Shown here one piece after another: positions 26,746 to 40,866 of a stretch of DNA of 64,000 bases. The position numbers and the translations under genes were made by a program. A model generated the notes under the pieces. That model searched no databases. It saw only the letters and a program-made list of their open reading frames with translations, and was not told where the DNA came from. The DNA comes from Octopus vulgaris (Eukaryota): NCBI GenBank assembly GCA_951406725.2, contig OX597816.1, positions 84,754,001 to 84,818,000 of the forward strand. Direction: 5' to 3'. Each line of letters opens with the position of its first letter. The stretch's first letter is position 1.

Positions 26746-27170
26746 TTGTCTTTGCACAGCTTCTAATGATGAAGATGTATTACAGTACCAGCTGTTCACT
26801 ACCAGTGAACTAGGTAACACCCCTTATTTTTCGAGCACCATCCAGAGTATTCGAGCGGTTCCAAGCAGTGCTGTTTTCTGTAAGTGCTCCACCCTTATTG
26901 CAGCCCCTATTTATTCCATGAACTTCTCAAGATTTTACTCTCTGTTCCCAGGCCCCCGACAGTTATTGGTACTACAACCACCTTTTTCATCGACCACAAT
27001 TGCTTAACCTCTCAAGCTAACCTGTTATATCTATCGATTTTTCTTTTTTCACTATCGTATACCTTGTTGTCAGCTGGGCATGCTATATCTATGATCCCGC
27101 ATCATTTGCTTTCTTTCTCAATTAACACTATGGTTTCCTATTCGCTATCGCATGGTCGCACTAAATCATA
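26746..27170 (-). mobile_element. Dong/R4 LINE 3' fragment (REL endonuclease plus 3' UTR)
   Basis: Reverse complement of 41000-41437; IDIACP.DNKV, KTALLGTARIL. Confidence 0.9.
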
Positions 27171-27171
27171 A

Positions 27172-27242
<71 letters not shown>

Positions 27243-27259
27243 TAATAATAATAATAATG

Positions 27260-27320
<61 letters not shown>

Positions 27321-27352
27321 TAATAATAATGATAATGATAATAATAATGATA
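27171..27352. repeat. (AAT)n microsatellite
   Basis: Directly visible. Confidence 0.95.
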
Positions 27353-27704
27353 AACGGGTATCGAACCGAATCATAATTGTCCGTGTTAATGAGGGAAAAA
27401 TACGTCTGATTTCTTTACCAGAATTTTTTAAAAAAGTTAGTATCTGGTCTTAAGTTACTATTTGATTCTGAAATTCTATCGATTTGTACGTCCATTCGAG
27501 AATATTTTCTGCTTTACCTTCCATGTTACATACTTAAAAATTTATATTTAGATTTTCAGTTTATATTTTGCAAATATTTTAAATATAATTTAATTACTTT
27601 TCGCAAAGCATCTAGCAATATCTTGCGGCACAACATTTGGGGAATCAGCAGTCTAGCTACGAGAGTAGAAAATAGAGGAAGTGATACAATCTTATATACG
27701 TATG

Positions 27705-27779
<75 letters not shown>

Positions 27780-29296
27780 AGTATAAAAAATATATTTTAT
27801 CATAATCATCATCATCATTAACTTCGTCGTCGTCATCGTCATTATTATTATTATGAATATTATTATCATCTATATGTATTTTGCGCACTTCTTTTCTCCT
27901 CTATGTAAACCATTGAGCACCCTCACACACATACATAAATACACGTACATACTCAAAGAGAGAGAGACAGACAGAGATAATGGGAGAGAGAGAGAGGGGG
28001 GCATGAGGGAGTAAGAGAAAGAGAGAGAGATAGAGAGAGAAAGAGCGAGAGTTAAAGAGAGAATGAAGAAGAGAGCTGTGCAGATGAGTAACTTTTGTTT
28101 TATGGCGGAATCAATGTTGAAGGTGTTGATCTACATCATCAGTAACTGTCCGAAAATATGATTTGTGGTACACAAAACAAAATTAATAGAATAAAAGAAA
28201 CACTCGCCAACATCATAACGGAAATACAAATAATTTAGTAGACCAAACTATATTGAAATACAGAAACAAATTCATCACATTAAACGTAACAGACGCAACA
28301 CTAACTAAAAACAACCTATACGTGAACCAAATACACATTGGCTGGAGACTAGATGAAAATGTTATCAAAACTCACATCAAACAGTGTATAAATTGAATTA
28401 TTGTTACCATATTTAATGCAGTGAGCATTAAAAAGCTAATTAGAAAGGAGTATTAAATTATGTATTATAAAAGGCTAAAATTAAAAATCTCTTCATCAAT
28501 AACAAACCACGTAACTGTAATCTACTGCATAAATTTCAGACGACTAATTTTATTTGGAAGTTCGTATGCAAACATGGAACTTGTAAACTTTTATATTTTT
28601 GACTACTACATTGAGTATACAAGTACGATACTTTGTCGCTGATAAACCATGCATCTACAACAAAGGGCCGTTATAACACACTATGATACGAAACACAAAA
28701 CAAACAAGGTGACAAAATATTAATTGATAACAAAATAATATTATGTAGGAGACACCAAGCAATTAGAAATTTAGTAAAGTCGGGACTTATACTTAATGAA
28801 GTTAACCTCATTGTAGATAGGAATAAAGGCAAATCTTGTAAAGAAATACACGATTGACATCTGAATTTAAGTTGATTAAATAATGGAATGTACGGGAGAG
28901 AGATTCAGCTCTGTTGTAAATAGTGTGACAACTTAAGAATACGTTTCGGATTTATTCGTTCACTCTTATTGGATGTTATAATTTGTGAGACTGTATTAGT
29001 CATGGAAAATATATCAATAGCGAACTATAACGCAAAACTAAAGGCACATATAGTGCAATCTAGCAATGTTTTAGCATCACAATTATTTACTGCCTGCTGA
29101 AAGAAATCTGATGTCAGCAATTAATGCAATGTTTGATAAGGAAACAAAAGCACACATAATAGTGTTCACATGTATTCACCCCCACCCCTATGCAATGGTT
29201 ATCATCGGGCATAAATTTGTAGCCCCCAGAAGATGCGGCTCATACACTCTTTTCCATACACTTTCTTCGAATTGCGTAGCCCTCTGAGCAGGTATA

Positions 29297-29465
29297 CCCA
29301 TGACAACTTATTCTGTCATGGTCACTGCGACGATTACGCGCTACACTTCCAGCGGAAGTGAGCTAGAACGTTAAAACTTAGTGCGCATGTACAGCAGAGA
29401 TCAAGGTCAATCTGTGCCCAGCAGCTTTACTCTGCATGATTTAGCTTTGTTACTATGGCAACAGT
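29297..29465. promoter_or_regulatory. Candidate promoter/enhancer motif cluster
   Basis: Inverted ETS pair CACTTCC-AGC-GGAAGTG (29344-29360), NRF1-like GTGCGCATGT (29381), TCAAGGTCA (29401), RFX X-box GTTACTATGGCAAC (29449-29462); locally CpG-rich. Confidence 0.3.
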
Positions 29466-29496
29466 GCGGATACATATTGATCAGGTCTCATATATG

Positions 29497-29535
<39 letters not shown>

Positions 29536-29544
29536 GTACATATC

Positions 29545-29775
29545 TATATGTGTGCGTCTTTGTGTTCATGTATGCACCCCCCCCATCACTGCTTGGCAAC
29601 CAGTGTTAATGTGTTTACGTTCCCGTAACTTAGCTGTTCGGGAAAAGGAAAACGATAACATAAGTACGATGCTTCAAATAAAACATCCTATGATCGACTT
29701 TAACTAAAAAATACTCCTACAAGGTGGTGCTCCAGCATGGCTGCAGTGAAATGACTGAAACAAGTAAAAGAACAA
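29545..29775 (+). mobile_element. SINE-A 3' half
   Basis: GGTGCTCCAGCATGGCTGCAGTGAAATGACTGAAACAAGTAAAAG. Confidence 0.85.
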
Positions 29776-29810
29776 AAAGCTACTCGGACAGAAATTAATG
29801 CCGACGACCA

Positions 29811-29811
<1 letters not shown>

Positions 29812-29904
<93 letters not shown>
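29812..29904. repeat. (ATCT)n tetranucleotide microsatellite
   Basis: Directly visible. Confidence 0.95.
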
Positions 29905-30058
29905 AATAGATGGGTTTTGGTTGGTTGATTGAAAGATCATACATGCGGCGTTTAACGTGGAGTGAGCACTTTTGCTGGGTGTTGTAGCCTCCCCCTCCCC
30001 CCACACACATGATAAGTTAGATAACTTAGAATGCATAAACATTGGAATCTATGTGTGT

Positions 30059-30108
<50 letters not shown>

Positions 30109-30724
30109 TGAGAACTAAACTCTCCTGTATGTATATAGCATAATTCTCCCCCAAACCTATATTAATACCTACGTAGCAGTATACCTACATGCTTGCATAA
30201 ATACACATTTACGTACGTATATTTTCTTGACGCGCCATTACGGTATATGCTTCGATCTAATGTGCAAAATCATCTCGTTATTTACATTCCGGCAATTGAG
30301 ATGTAAGTATAGCATATGCATCTGCTTCGTGGATAAATTATTGCTGTCTAGTTCGTTGCGTTCTTTCCTTCAGTTTATCTGGCGGCAATACGATAAAAAC
30401 GGAGTGATTTGAAAAGATTGTGTTTGCAGGATATTACATTTTTACATTTCCGATTACCTTATCTGCTAAAAGTATTTTGCGTCCCTCCGTTGTACAAAGT
30501 GTACAATTTTTTTTTTCTGTGTATGCTTGGGTTGTTGCGGTGATACTACATCGCAGTTTAAAACTAATAACTCGATGTTTTACACACCCAGTATTTATAT
30601 ATGTGCTTGGGTATATGTGAGTACACACACACACATGCATACACACATATGAATACACGTGTGTGTGTGCGTGCGTGTTTATGAGTACAATATGTGTGTA
30701 TGTTTGTGTGTGCACAGATATGTG

Positions 30725-31098
<374 letters not shown>

Positions 31099-31899
31099 TT
31101 AAATATACGGGTCACTAAATTTCATAGCTCTCTGAATCCCTTAATCCCTTCCCACTAACTTCAACGAGTATTGAAGGAAAACAAATGATAAAATGATCTA
31201 ATAAAACCATTAATCAGAAAACAGTCTGTTATCTCTGTCAGGCGTCTTTCTGGCCACATTTAAACTCCTATATACCTCCCTTCATATTTTATGAGGCTTT
31301 TAGTCACCTTGCATCAGTTATAAACTGTTTCTTCAATTTAATTGAATCCAGTCGCTCACTATCTTCACGGTGGTTACTTCTTTCAACATTTCTAAACTAC
31401 GATAATGTTACGCATAAAGGTTACACCTCTTTGATGATTTAACAACATATATTGATTGCATATTTTTGTAACCAATTATCACTTTTTGTTACTGAAACGT
31501 ACGTAAAATGGCGTAACTAAATGTTTTACAAACAATCGTTCATATTTTTCTTTCTCTAACTGAGTGCGGGTCTGTGTATCTATATTATTTATATATTCGT
31601 GTATACATACGTGTAAATATATAAATGTACAAACGTACACATACAAAACATATATAGAGCGGAAGTTTAAAAATAAATAGAAATTATTTCCCACTGTCTA
31701 CGCACCATGTAGAGATGAAGAGAGCTGGGAAACAGTAACTGCGAAACGGATGGATTATGGACGATACGTTAACTCCTATTGCTTAAAAAATAGAAATTCT
31801 ATATATAAACTTTTAGTTCTATACGCTTTTGATAAGTGAGGTATTTTAGCCAAGCAATATGCAACACACACACACACATTTGTGTGTATGTATGTGTAT

Positions 31900-31931
<32 letters not shown>

Positions 31932-32087
31932 TGATAGGATCAGTAAAAAGCACTCTGTTTAGCAAATGAAAAAAACATTTAACGACTACATGGGTTATAT
32001 GTGAATTACTTTCAAGTTTTATACCCGAGTAATGTTGTAAATTGGATAGCGTACGTGCACGATCTAGCACATTTGAGGAAACGCGAA

Positions 32088-32121
<34 letters not shown>

Positions 32122-32169
32122 CATACATACATACATACATACATACATACATAATACATACATATTTTA

Positions 32170-32405
32170 TGCTGTACTTGTTTCTGCTCTTAGACTGCGG
32201 TTATACTGGAGAACCTCCTTGAAGAATTTTAGTCGAACGAATAGACCGCAGTAATCAAAGTTTTAAAGCCTGGTACTTATGCTATCGGTCTTTTTGCCCA
32301 AACGCTAAGTTACGGGAACGTAAAGACACCAACACCGGTTGTCAAGCGGTTGCGAGGGATAAACACAGACAGAAAGACATACACATGTCTCTCTCTCTCT
32401 CTCTC

Positions 32406-32474
<69 letters not shown>

Positions 32475-32870
32475 GTATATATATATATGTATATACATAT
32501 ATATGTATATATGTATATATATGTATATATATATGTATATATATATGTATATATGTATATATATGTATATATATATGTATATATATTCTACAGGCTTTTT
32601 TCAGTTTCCGTCTATCAAATCCGTTCACAAGGCTTTGGTCAGTCTGAGGCTATTGTAGAAAACACAATTAAAAAACAAAAAAATTAATAATCGTTTCTGC
32701 TATAGGCATAAGGCTTGAATTTTTGTGGGGAAGGGGACAATCGATCACATTGAACCCAGTACGTGACTGGTACTTTATTTAGGGATCGGGAAAGGATGAC
32801 AAGCAAAGTCGACCTCGGTGGAATTTGATCTCACTGCTAAGTATTTCGCCCGGCATGCTTACAATTCTGT
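32170..32870 (-). mobile_element. SINE-A (32170-32662) and adjacent SINE-B (32690-32870), both on the minus strand
   Basis: Reverse-complement matches to the family consensus motifs. Confidence 0.8.
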
Positions 32871-32896
32871 AGCTCGAATAATCATAGTAGTAGTAG

Positions 32897-32934
<38 letters not shown>

Positions 32935-32979
32935 ATGATGATGGTGATGATGATGATGATGATGATAATAAATACAGAG

Positions 32980-33447
32980 ACTGCATGTGCCTAGAAACGG
33001 TGGCAGAAGGGGATGCAATATCTGTGTTGTCAACGAGAAGAACAATCTGGGATGGTACCCCAAACAGCAGAGTGAAACCTTGCTTGCCGCTGTTAGAATT
33101 AACAATACAATTCCTACCGAAAATGTGATGCAGCCACAAATATCTAAAAAAAACAAGGTGAAGAAGAAAGAGTAAGTAACTGGAAAATAAGCCACTGCAT
33201 GGGCAATACCTCAGAGAAATTGAAGGAAAAAACAAGGTCAACACTTGGAGATGGCTAAGAAAAAATGATATGAAATGATGCACCAAGGCATTGATATGCA
33301 GCACCCAGGAACAAGCTCTGAGAACTAATTACATAAAGTTCCAAACAAATAAGAGTAGTAAATCTCCCCTTTGTAGGACGTGTGGTAGCAGAAACGAAAC
33401 AGTCTTACATATTGTGAGTGTGTGTAGCAAGATGGCCCAAAAGGAGG
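32980..33447 (+). mobile_element. Dong/R4 LINE fragment (post-RT region to CCHC knuckle)
   Basis: LHVPRNGG.RG, LHGQYLREI, TWRWLRK.DMK..TKALICSTQEQALRTNYIK, PLCRTCGSRNETVLHIVSVCSKMAQKE. Confidence 0.88.
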
Positions 33448-33955
33448 TACGTGTGTATAGTGTGTAGACTTTGAACGATTTGAAGGAAGTTATTTGCGTG
33501 GAAGTCGCCCAAACCGACAGAGGAATGCATCAATGAAAACGGACACCATATGATGGATGTTGTTTCCCACACTTGATTTCGACAAATGCTAATTCAATAC
33601 GAACACATTGATGTCAGTTTGTTTGCTGCTAAAATTAATAGTTTTGTGAATTTTTCGAAAGCGTCCTTCCTCTCTGCTCCTGTATGTCCTCACTTCGAAG
33701 ATAATTAAACAGCCGGACCCTGATAAAGTACCGATAATATTGCAAGGTAGTCGGTGGAGTGGAAACACGTGTCGGTAATTATAATATGCTGCATATAACT
33801 TTAAAATAAGTTTTGTGAATGTACAAGTCTCCATACTCTTTTTCCTTCTTAATATATATGAAGATGTCTATATATATATGTATGTATGTATATCCACGCA
33901 CACATACACACACGCGCGTGGACACACACGCGCGTGGACACACACACGCACACAC

Positions 33956-33992
<37 letters not shown>

Positions 33993-34964
33993 TATATGTA
34001 TATATTTATGTAAGTGTATGTATGAATATATATGTATCAGATGATGCCGTTTCCATTTTGATTGTTTCCTAGGGAATCTATGTTAAAGTACTTAAATACA
34101 GGCTTATAATTGTATTGTAGATGGACACAGAAAAACAGACGCCCAAACACTCACAAACACGCTCACGAACTCACACATACGCATATATATATATGTGTGT
34201 GTGTGTACGTACACTTCTGTGTGCTTATGTGTGTGTCTTGAGCCTGTATTTGTGTGGAATTTGTGACTATCTTGTTTGCCAGTAATTTTACCATCACCCT
34301 CTTTCTCTCTCTTTCCCTCTCTTTATCTCTCTCTCACTTTCACTCAAACTTCCTGTTTATTTAAATATTTATATAAACGCGTGGATGGTAATTTGCTATA
34401 TTTGATTTCCACTGCTTATTCTGTTTCTGTTACTGCCTCAACATCTTTTTCGTTATGTCTATGCTTTCGTTTATTTTTATTTACTTATATATATATTTAT
34501 ACGTGAATATTCACCTGTATGTATTTTATTGGATGTTTTTTTCCTGTATTAATATTTCTCATTCCTATTGAATTTCTTCTATTTTTTTTGTGTTGTTAAT
34601 TTATTGGGCCTCTTTCAGCTGTTTATTTTATTTCTATTATCAGTTATCTCACTATAATAGCCAGTTCCGCGTGTGATTTGATAAGGGCTGAAGCAATTTG
34701 ATGGTCCGGAATTTTACAGTTTATTTTCTACAGATGACTTGATTTAAGGACGCATCACCAGGAAAAATAGAAATGAGAACAGACAACAAATAAAATAAGA
34801 GAGCGTTGAAAGGAAAAACGATTAGTGTAATTTTGGCAACAGTTTCAATAAACGAATATTGCAACTGCTTCTCATGCTGCTGGCTGCTGTGCGGCCTTCA
34901 GCTTATGCTAGATTTCATTAAGAAATCATTATTATTGAAAATGAAGAAAGAAAAAAATATTATA

Positions 34965-35127
34965 GGCGCAGGAGTGGCTGTGTGGTAAGTAGCTTGCTTA
35001 CCGACGTCATGGTTCTAGGTTCAGTCCCACTGCGTGGCACCTTGGGCAAGTGTCTTCTACCATAGCCTCAGGCCGACCAAAGCCTTGAGAGTGGATTTGG
35101 TAGAGGGAAACTGAAAGAAGCCCGTCG

Positions 35128-35170
<43 letters not shown>

Positions 35171-35386
35171 ATTTATGTGTTTGCGTTTGTCCCCCTAGCA
35201 TCGCTCGACAACCGATGCTGGTGTGTTTACGTCCCCATTACTTAGCGGTTCGGCAAAAGAGACCGATAGAATATGTACTAGGCTTAGAAAGAATAAGTCC
35301 TGGGGTCGATGTGCTCGACTAAAGGCGGTGCTCCAGCATGGCCACAGTCAAATGACTGAAACAAGTAAAAGAGTAAAAGAGAGTAA
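34965..35386 (+). mobile_element. SINE family A, full length
   Basis: Near-consensus copy. Confidence 0.95.
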
Positions 35387-35406
35387 AGGGCATCGTTATT
35401 ATTATT

Positions 35407-35471
<65 letters not shown>

Positions 35472-35490
35472 CATTATTATTATTATTATT

Positions 35491-36033
35491 GAGTGAGAGA
35501 GCAGTGCATGCCATCAAAGTGACACTGGGGTAAAATATATGAAGCCCAGTATACCCATCATGACTACCCGTCTGATAAGGGTACACCAGGTACATGCATC
35601 ACAACCATATGTGCGCGACATGGTGATCTCATATGAAGATAAACAGCGCATGACCTTGCAGGTGGGGCCCAGTTAGAATTTTCTTCTGGTGGAGTAGCCC
35701 ATCCCGCTCAAAAGGTCCCTGAGTAAGGATTATTTAAGGATGTTGAACAAAACACCCATGTTTCCAGTGGTGAATTATTCAAACCCCAAAGAATCCCTCT
35801 CAACACATGGCTATGATGTTCCCCCACTACTTCTGCTTGTGATCAGAGATGCACATATCGTCAGCCACTAAGGGACATGCTCAACTGGTTAAGGTCAAAC
35901 AACTGACAAGCAAATCTGTGGTATTGAGCAGAATATTTGCTGTAGCCCATCTTTTATACCAGACAAAACAATGTACATGATAACGCTTCCAATCAGTTAA
36001 GATCAGAAGTCACGAGAGCCACTGCCTGGTACT
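35491..36033 (-). mobile_element. Orphan non-coding retroposon-like element, copy 1, in a (TAA)n tract
   Basis: Reverse complement of 62067-62610; (TAT)n on both flanks. Confidence 0.85.
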
Positions 36034-36044
36034 TATTATTAAGG

Positions 36045-36265
36045 GGAAGGCCGTGAGCTGACACAACCGCTAGTACGTCGAGAAAAATGCTTAGCGGCAA
36101 TTCATCCTGCTCTTTACTTTCTGAGTTCAAATTCCGCTGAAGTTGATGCTACTTTTCATTGTTACGGGATCAGTAAAATAAATATTCATTAAGTACTAAT
36201 GTAGATTCAGTCAACTTCCTCCCCACTCTCAAAAGCTGTTTTTCCCGTGCCAAAATTTGAAGCAA
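36045..36265 (+). mobile_element. Decayed SINE-B
   Basis: CTGAGTTCAAATTCCGCTGA...GTGCCAAAATTTGAAGC. Confidence 0.75.
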
Positions 36266-37986
36266 GAAGAAGAAGAAGAAGAGGCGGAGGAGGAGGAGGA
36301 AGAAGGAGAAGAAGAGCAACAACAACAGCAACAATAAGAATGAGGCGCTGTTCCACATTCAAAAATCCATAAATGGCATGAATGCTTGGAAAATTTTCGA
36401 GCAATGCCGATGAGAATTTAAGTAAACTATATAAGGTAATATCAATAAATCAAAAGAGAAATCATATTGTAATACTTACATAAGTTGTTCAACGAGCCTA
36501 TTACGCTTAAACAATTTCTATCTTGTATTTGGAGAGGTGATTCGTACCCGAAATATTATAGGATTATTAAAGAACTTATGTAAGTTAACACAGTATCTTC
36601 TCTCTTTTCGTTTTTCCTTTCTTGACATCACTCTACATAATTTGCCAAAATTATCACCTACCTTGTTCAAAGGATTTTGAAACACTTATATTATAGGCAG
36701 ACATTGCTACGCTTCAAGCAAATTACGATGCTCTCTTAAAATTTATTATTTCAATTGTCTTCGCTTGCAAAAACACTTCAAACAGAATACCTAACCATCT
36801 CACCTCTGTGATAAAAACTCTCAAGCATTTTGTTTATTTTTTATTCCGACTCCCAACACCCCTAGCCATATTAGGTTACAGATCATACTGATATATGTGC
36901 TAGTATCGTGAAGCAGCAGCACGACGATACACTCTCTCGATATTAACGGAATTCATTAAAGTTTGTAACACTAATTTTGTCATATATTATTTGATTATTT
37001 TTTCATAATTTATAAATCATATTGAGTTAATCATTTAAGTTTTGTAATAATATATAAATTTTCAGCTAAAAGCCACAAAGGGTTAAAAATGTTTAAGCTA
37101 ACAATATATATTTAATTTTTATTTTTTGAAAAAATCATTAGTTTGGCTCAAGACCAGAACGTTGGGAATTTTAGTTTGAATCAATGCCAGTACAAACTGT
37201 TGCATATTTCATCAGGGCTAATAATACTTATCTATGACTTTATCAATAGCGTCATTCATTTTTTTCCAAATTGAAACATGAATTCAGACAGTTACATTCA
37301 ATTACTGCATAGTTCATTAACATTTCATTGAAAGTAATGGCAACTTCGGACAAAGAAGAAAGGCCGAGAGAAACCCTTATTTAAAGCCTTTCTCTTTTTT
37401 TCAATCTACAACTGAATACAAATCATTTATGCGAGAATAAAATAGAAATTATATTTACAACAATGATGTACAATTTGCGAGAGATTTTGCTGTCATAGGT
37501 AGCAGCCAAATAATATTCAAATTATTCATTACTCATTGAAAAACAAGACAGGAGAGATTAGACATGTTGGTCACCGATGAACATAAGAGGAAGTTGTCAT
37601 ATCTCTAATATCTGTTCTCATAAATCTTTCCAATAAGGTTTGACGTAGGCTAAGTAATAGCGGCTATGCATCTCATTAACATCAAATAAATGTTACATGA
37701 TGGCTTAAAAAAATAACAAAACCATCAACACAACATTCGACATTAGCATACCTTTTATCTTCTTTACAAACATCCCACAAGGAGCTTAAAATGCGGGCCT
37801 CTAAGACAAAGTATATAATAGTAGTAAGTACATAATTGAAGATTAGTGCTAATATATTTAATGTCATCTGAAAAATGGTTGAATTTGTAAAGATAAAGTT
37901 ACTGCAATGAAAAGGGCTGATGGGTTAATGCTCAAGATAGAGATGACAGCTCGAGATTATCAGTAAGTAAAGATTAGAATTACACA

Positions 37987-38388
37987 GGCGCAGGAGTGGC
38001 TGTGTGGTAAATAGCTTGCTAACCAACCACATGGTTCCGGGTTCAGTCCCACGGCGTGGCACCTTGGGCAAGTGTCTTCTGCTATAGCCCCGGGCCGACC
38101 AATGCCTTGTGAGTGGATTTGGTAGACGGAAACTGAAAGAAGCCCGTCGTATATATGTATATATATATATATGTGTGTGTGTGTGTTTGTGTGTCTGTGT
38201 TTGTCCCCCTAGCACTGCTTGACAACCGATGCTGGTGTGTTTACGTCCCCGTAACTTAGCGGTTCGGCAAAAGAGACCGACAGAATAAGTACTGGGCTTA
38301 CAAAGAATAAGTCCCGGGGTCGATTTGCTCGACTAAAGGCGGTGCTCCAGCATGGCCGCAGTCAAATAACTGAAACAAGTAAAAAAAA
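37987..38388 (+). mobile_element. SINE family A, full length, young
   Basis: Near-consensus copy ending in an A-run. Confidence 0.95.
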
Positions 38389-39458
38389 TGCGATTAGAAC
38401 ACGAAAATAGCACAAAACCTAAAATAATTAAATCTGAATTTTATTAAATTTGGTGACAGTTCCAGAAATATATCAGGTACTCTGGACCTTCACGAAATAG
38501 TTTTGTCACTTCCATACTTGCCAAACCGGTGATAAAAGAATGGCTATAAGGAATGTATGATAGTGCATATCAAAAATATCACTTAAAGAAATATCACCGG
38601 GGAACGTTCCGTAATGTCTGACAAGTGTAAGCTTTGACACTTCTCTCACTAACCCTGCTGAGAACGTTTCTATGATAAAATTTGTTTTTAAGTTATGTAA
38701 ATTAAAATCAACCCTTGAAAATTTAGTGTTAATTTATGTTACAAACAAGAGATTAATAATGAGAAAATATTGTAGTAAATTCATTATTTTCAAAATTAAT
38801 TCATATGACGGCAGTTTATTTTAATAGTAATATGGTAACAAAACGGTTTCTCCTGGGAGAAAAATGGTCTTCCTGTAGGTGTTTATAAACTAAAACAAGA
38901 AACAAGAGATATGGTTTCAATATGATGAGTTGACGGAAACGTAAACATTTCATTCAGCTTGGAATGAATGTAATTATTAAATCCAAATGGCGAATGCAGC
39001 GGACATGTTCCTTTCTTATTATATTACTTCAGTAAAGAATGTTCTGTTCAGACGACTAAGCTAATAGCGTCGATTATTGATAACAACCAGAAGTCTGCGA
39101 AAAATACTTCAAAGAGTATTTTCTATAATAAATACAAAAACCGTGCGGTTGCTTTGCTATGAAATTCTTCGACTTTGCTGTGGAATTCTTAAGCATATCC
39201 ATTGCTTTCACTGTTTGATTATAGAGATAAGCTCCACTTAGCTCTGTATTGTCTATAATGTTAAAACTTTTCCTATCAACTGATCTGGCTGGTACTCTCT
39301 AGCGTGATAATTTTAGACATTTTAATTATTTATGAAGAAAATTTCTTTAAAAATTTCAGTGATAACGTTAGAAGGTCAAAGATTTCAACCTCGTATGTTC
39401 TAGCATAAGCAACACCCTATCATATTTGTATTCAGTGTGCAGAACGGTCTCCAGAGAT

Positions 39459-39460
<2 letters not shown>

Positions 39461-39555
<95 letters not shown>

Positions 39556-39556
39556 A
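39461..39556. repeat. (TATC)n(TGTC)n microsatellite
   Basis: Directly visible. Confidence 0.95.
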
Positions 39557-39610
39557 TGTCTGAATGTATATACCTATATGTATATATATATATGTGTGTG
39601 TGTGTGAAAG

Positions 39611-39940
39611 TGTATGGTTCAATGGTTAGAGCGTCGAGCCTACGATCGTGAGGTTGTGAGCTCGAATCCCGGGCCGGGCTGCGTATTGTGTTCTTGAGCA
39701 AGACACTTTATTTCACGTTGCCCCAGTTCACTCAGCTGTACAAATGAGTTGCGACGACACAGGTGCCAAATTGCAATGGCTTTTGCCTTTCCCTTGGATA
39801 ACATTGGTGGTGTGGAGAGGGGAGGCTGGTATGCATGGGCGACTTCTGGTCTTCAATAAACAACGTTGCCCGGACTCGTGCTTGGGAGGGTAACTTTCTA
39901 GGTGCAATCCCATGGTCAGATATGACCGAAGGGGGTCTCA
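39611..39940 (+). mobile_element. SINE family C (tRNA head plus CORE-like domain), body type 1
   Basis: A-box TGGTTCAATGG, B-box-like GCTCGAATCC, TTCTTGAGCAAGACACTTTATTTCACGTTG; related to 53478-53765 (minus). Confidence 0.85.
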
Positions 39941-40537
39941 GCTCAGCGGTGTGTTTGTATGTATGTGTGTAAGTGCGTGTTTAGCGCTTTAGTCTTGCCG
40001 AGTAAAATTGTTTTCGCAGAACCGATATAATATGACCTAAGTATGTCTAGTGCTTTCAACAGTTACATTAAAGACGAGAGTTCATTTCAGAATGAACAGT
40101 GTATAAAATGCCCAAACTGAAATCAAGTAAACTTATTGGAGTTATCAATAAGTTGTTGATAACTTTGTTGGCTTCAAATTTTAAGTCGACTTGGAGGAAA
40201 ATTTTGTTTATTACTTCTTATAGGCAATTTTATTTGATGGGTTTATGCTATTCTCTGTATTACACTTGTACCACACTATTTCATATGTACAATATTGTAC
40301 AGAAGCTGGTGTGGCAACAAAATATATTCATCAAGTATGCTTCTGGATGCCATCGGCATGTTAAGCAAACAGTTAAGTCAATGGTAGCATAACTATGCAG
40401 TGAGGCGTTCTTTATTATTTTTATTAATTGATGAATACTTTGCCAGTGGACATTTTAACTGAATGCTTAAATCTCATCAGAATATGTAGAAACAACTCCG
40501 AAAACTCAGTAACTTCATTACTAATAAATAAATATAT

Positions 40538-40563
40538 AAATAATAATAATAATGATAATAATG

Positions 40564-40594
<31 letters not shown>

Positions 40595-40800
40595 TAATAA
40601 TAATAATAGCAGGTTTCTTGAATGTTTCTTATCCAATAAACAAGTGTCACGTTAGTCTACTGATTGTACACAACTGACACTGTCCATCATACCAAGCAAA
40701 ATGAGCTGTGTATTTTCATTTAATAATAATAATAATGATAATAATAATAATAATAATAATGATGATGATAATAATGATGATGATAATAATAATAATAATG

Positions 40801-40865
<65 letters not shown>
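40538..40865. repeat. (AAT)n/(GAT)n microsatellites
   Basis: Two blocks, 40538-40608 and 40722-40865. Confidence 0.95.

Positions 40866-40866
<1 letters not shown>

Noticed and set aside
38640-38855. Possible MITE remnants (also about 25110-25200 and 60720-60830)
   Set aside because: Termini too decayed to demonstrate TIRs or TSDs from this window alone.
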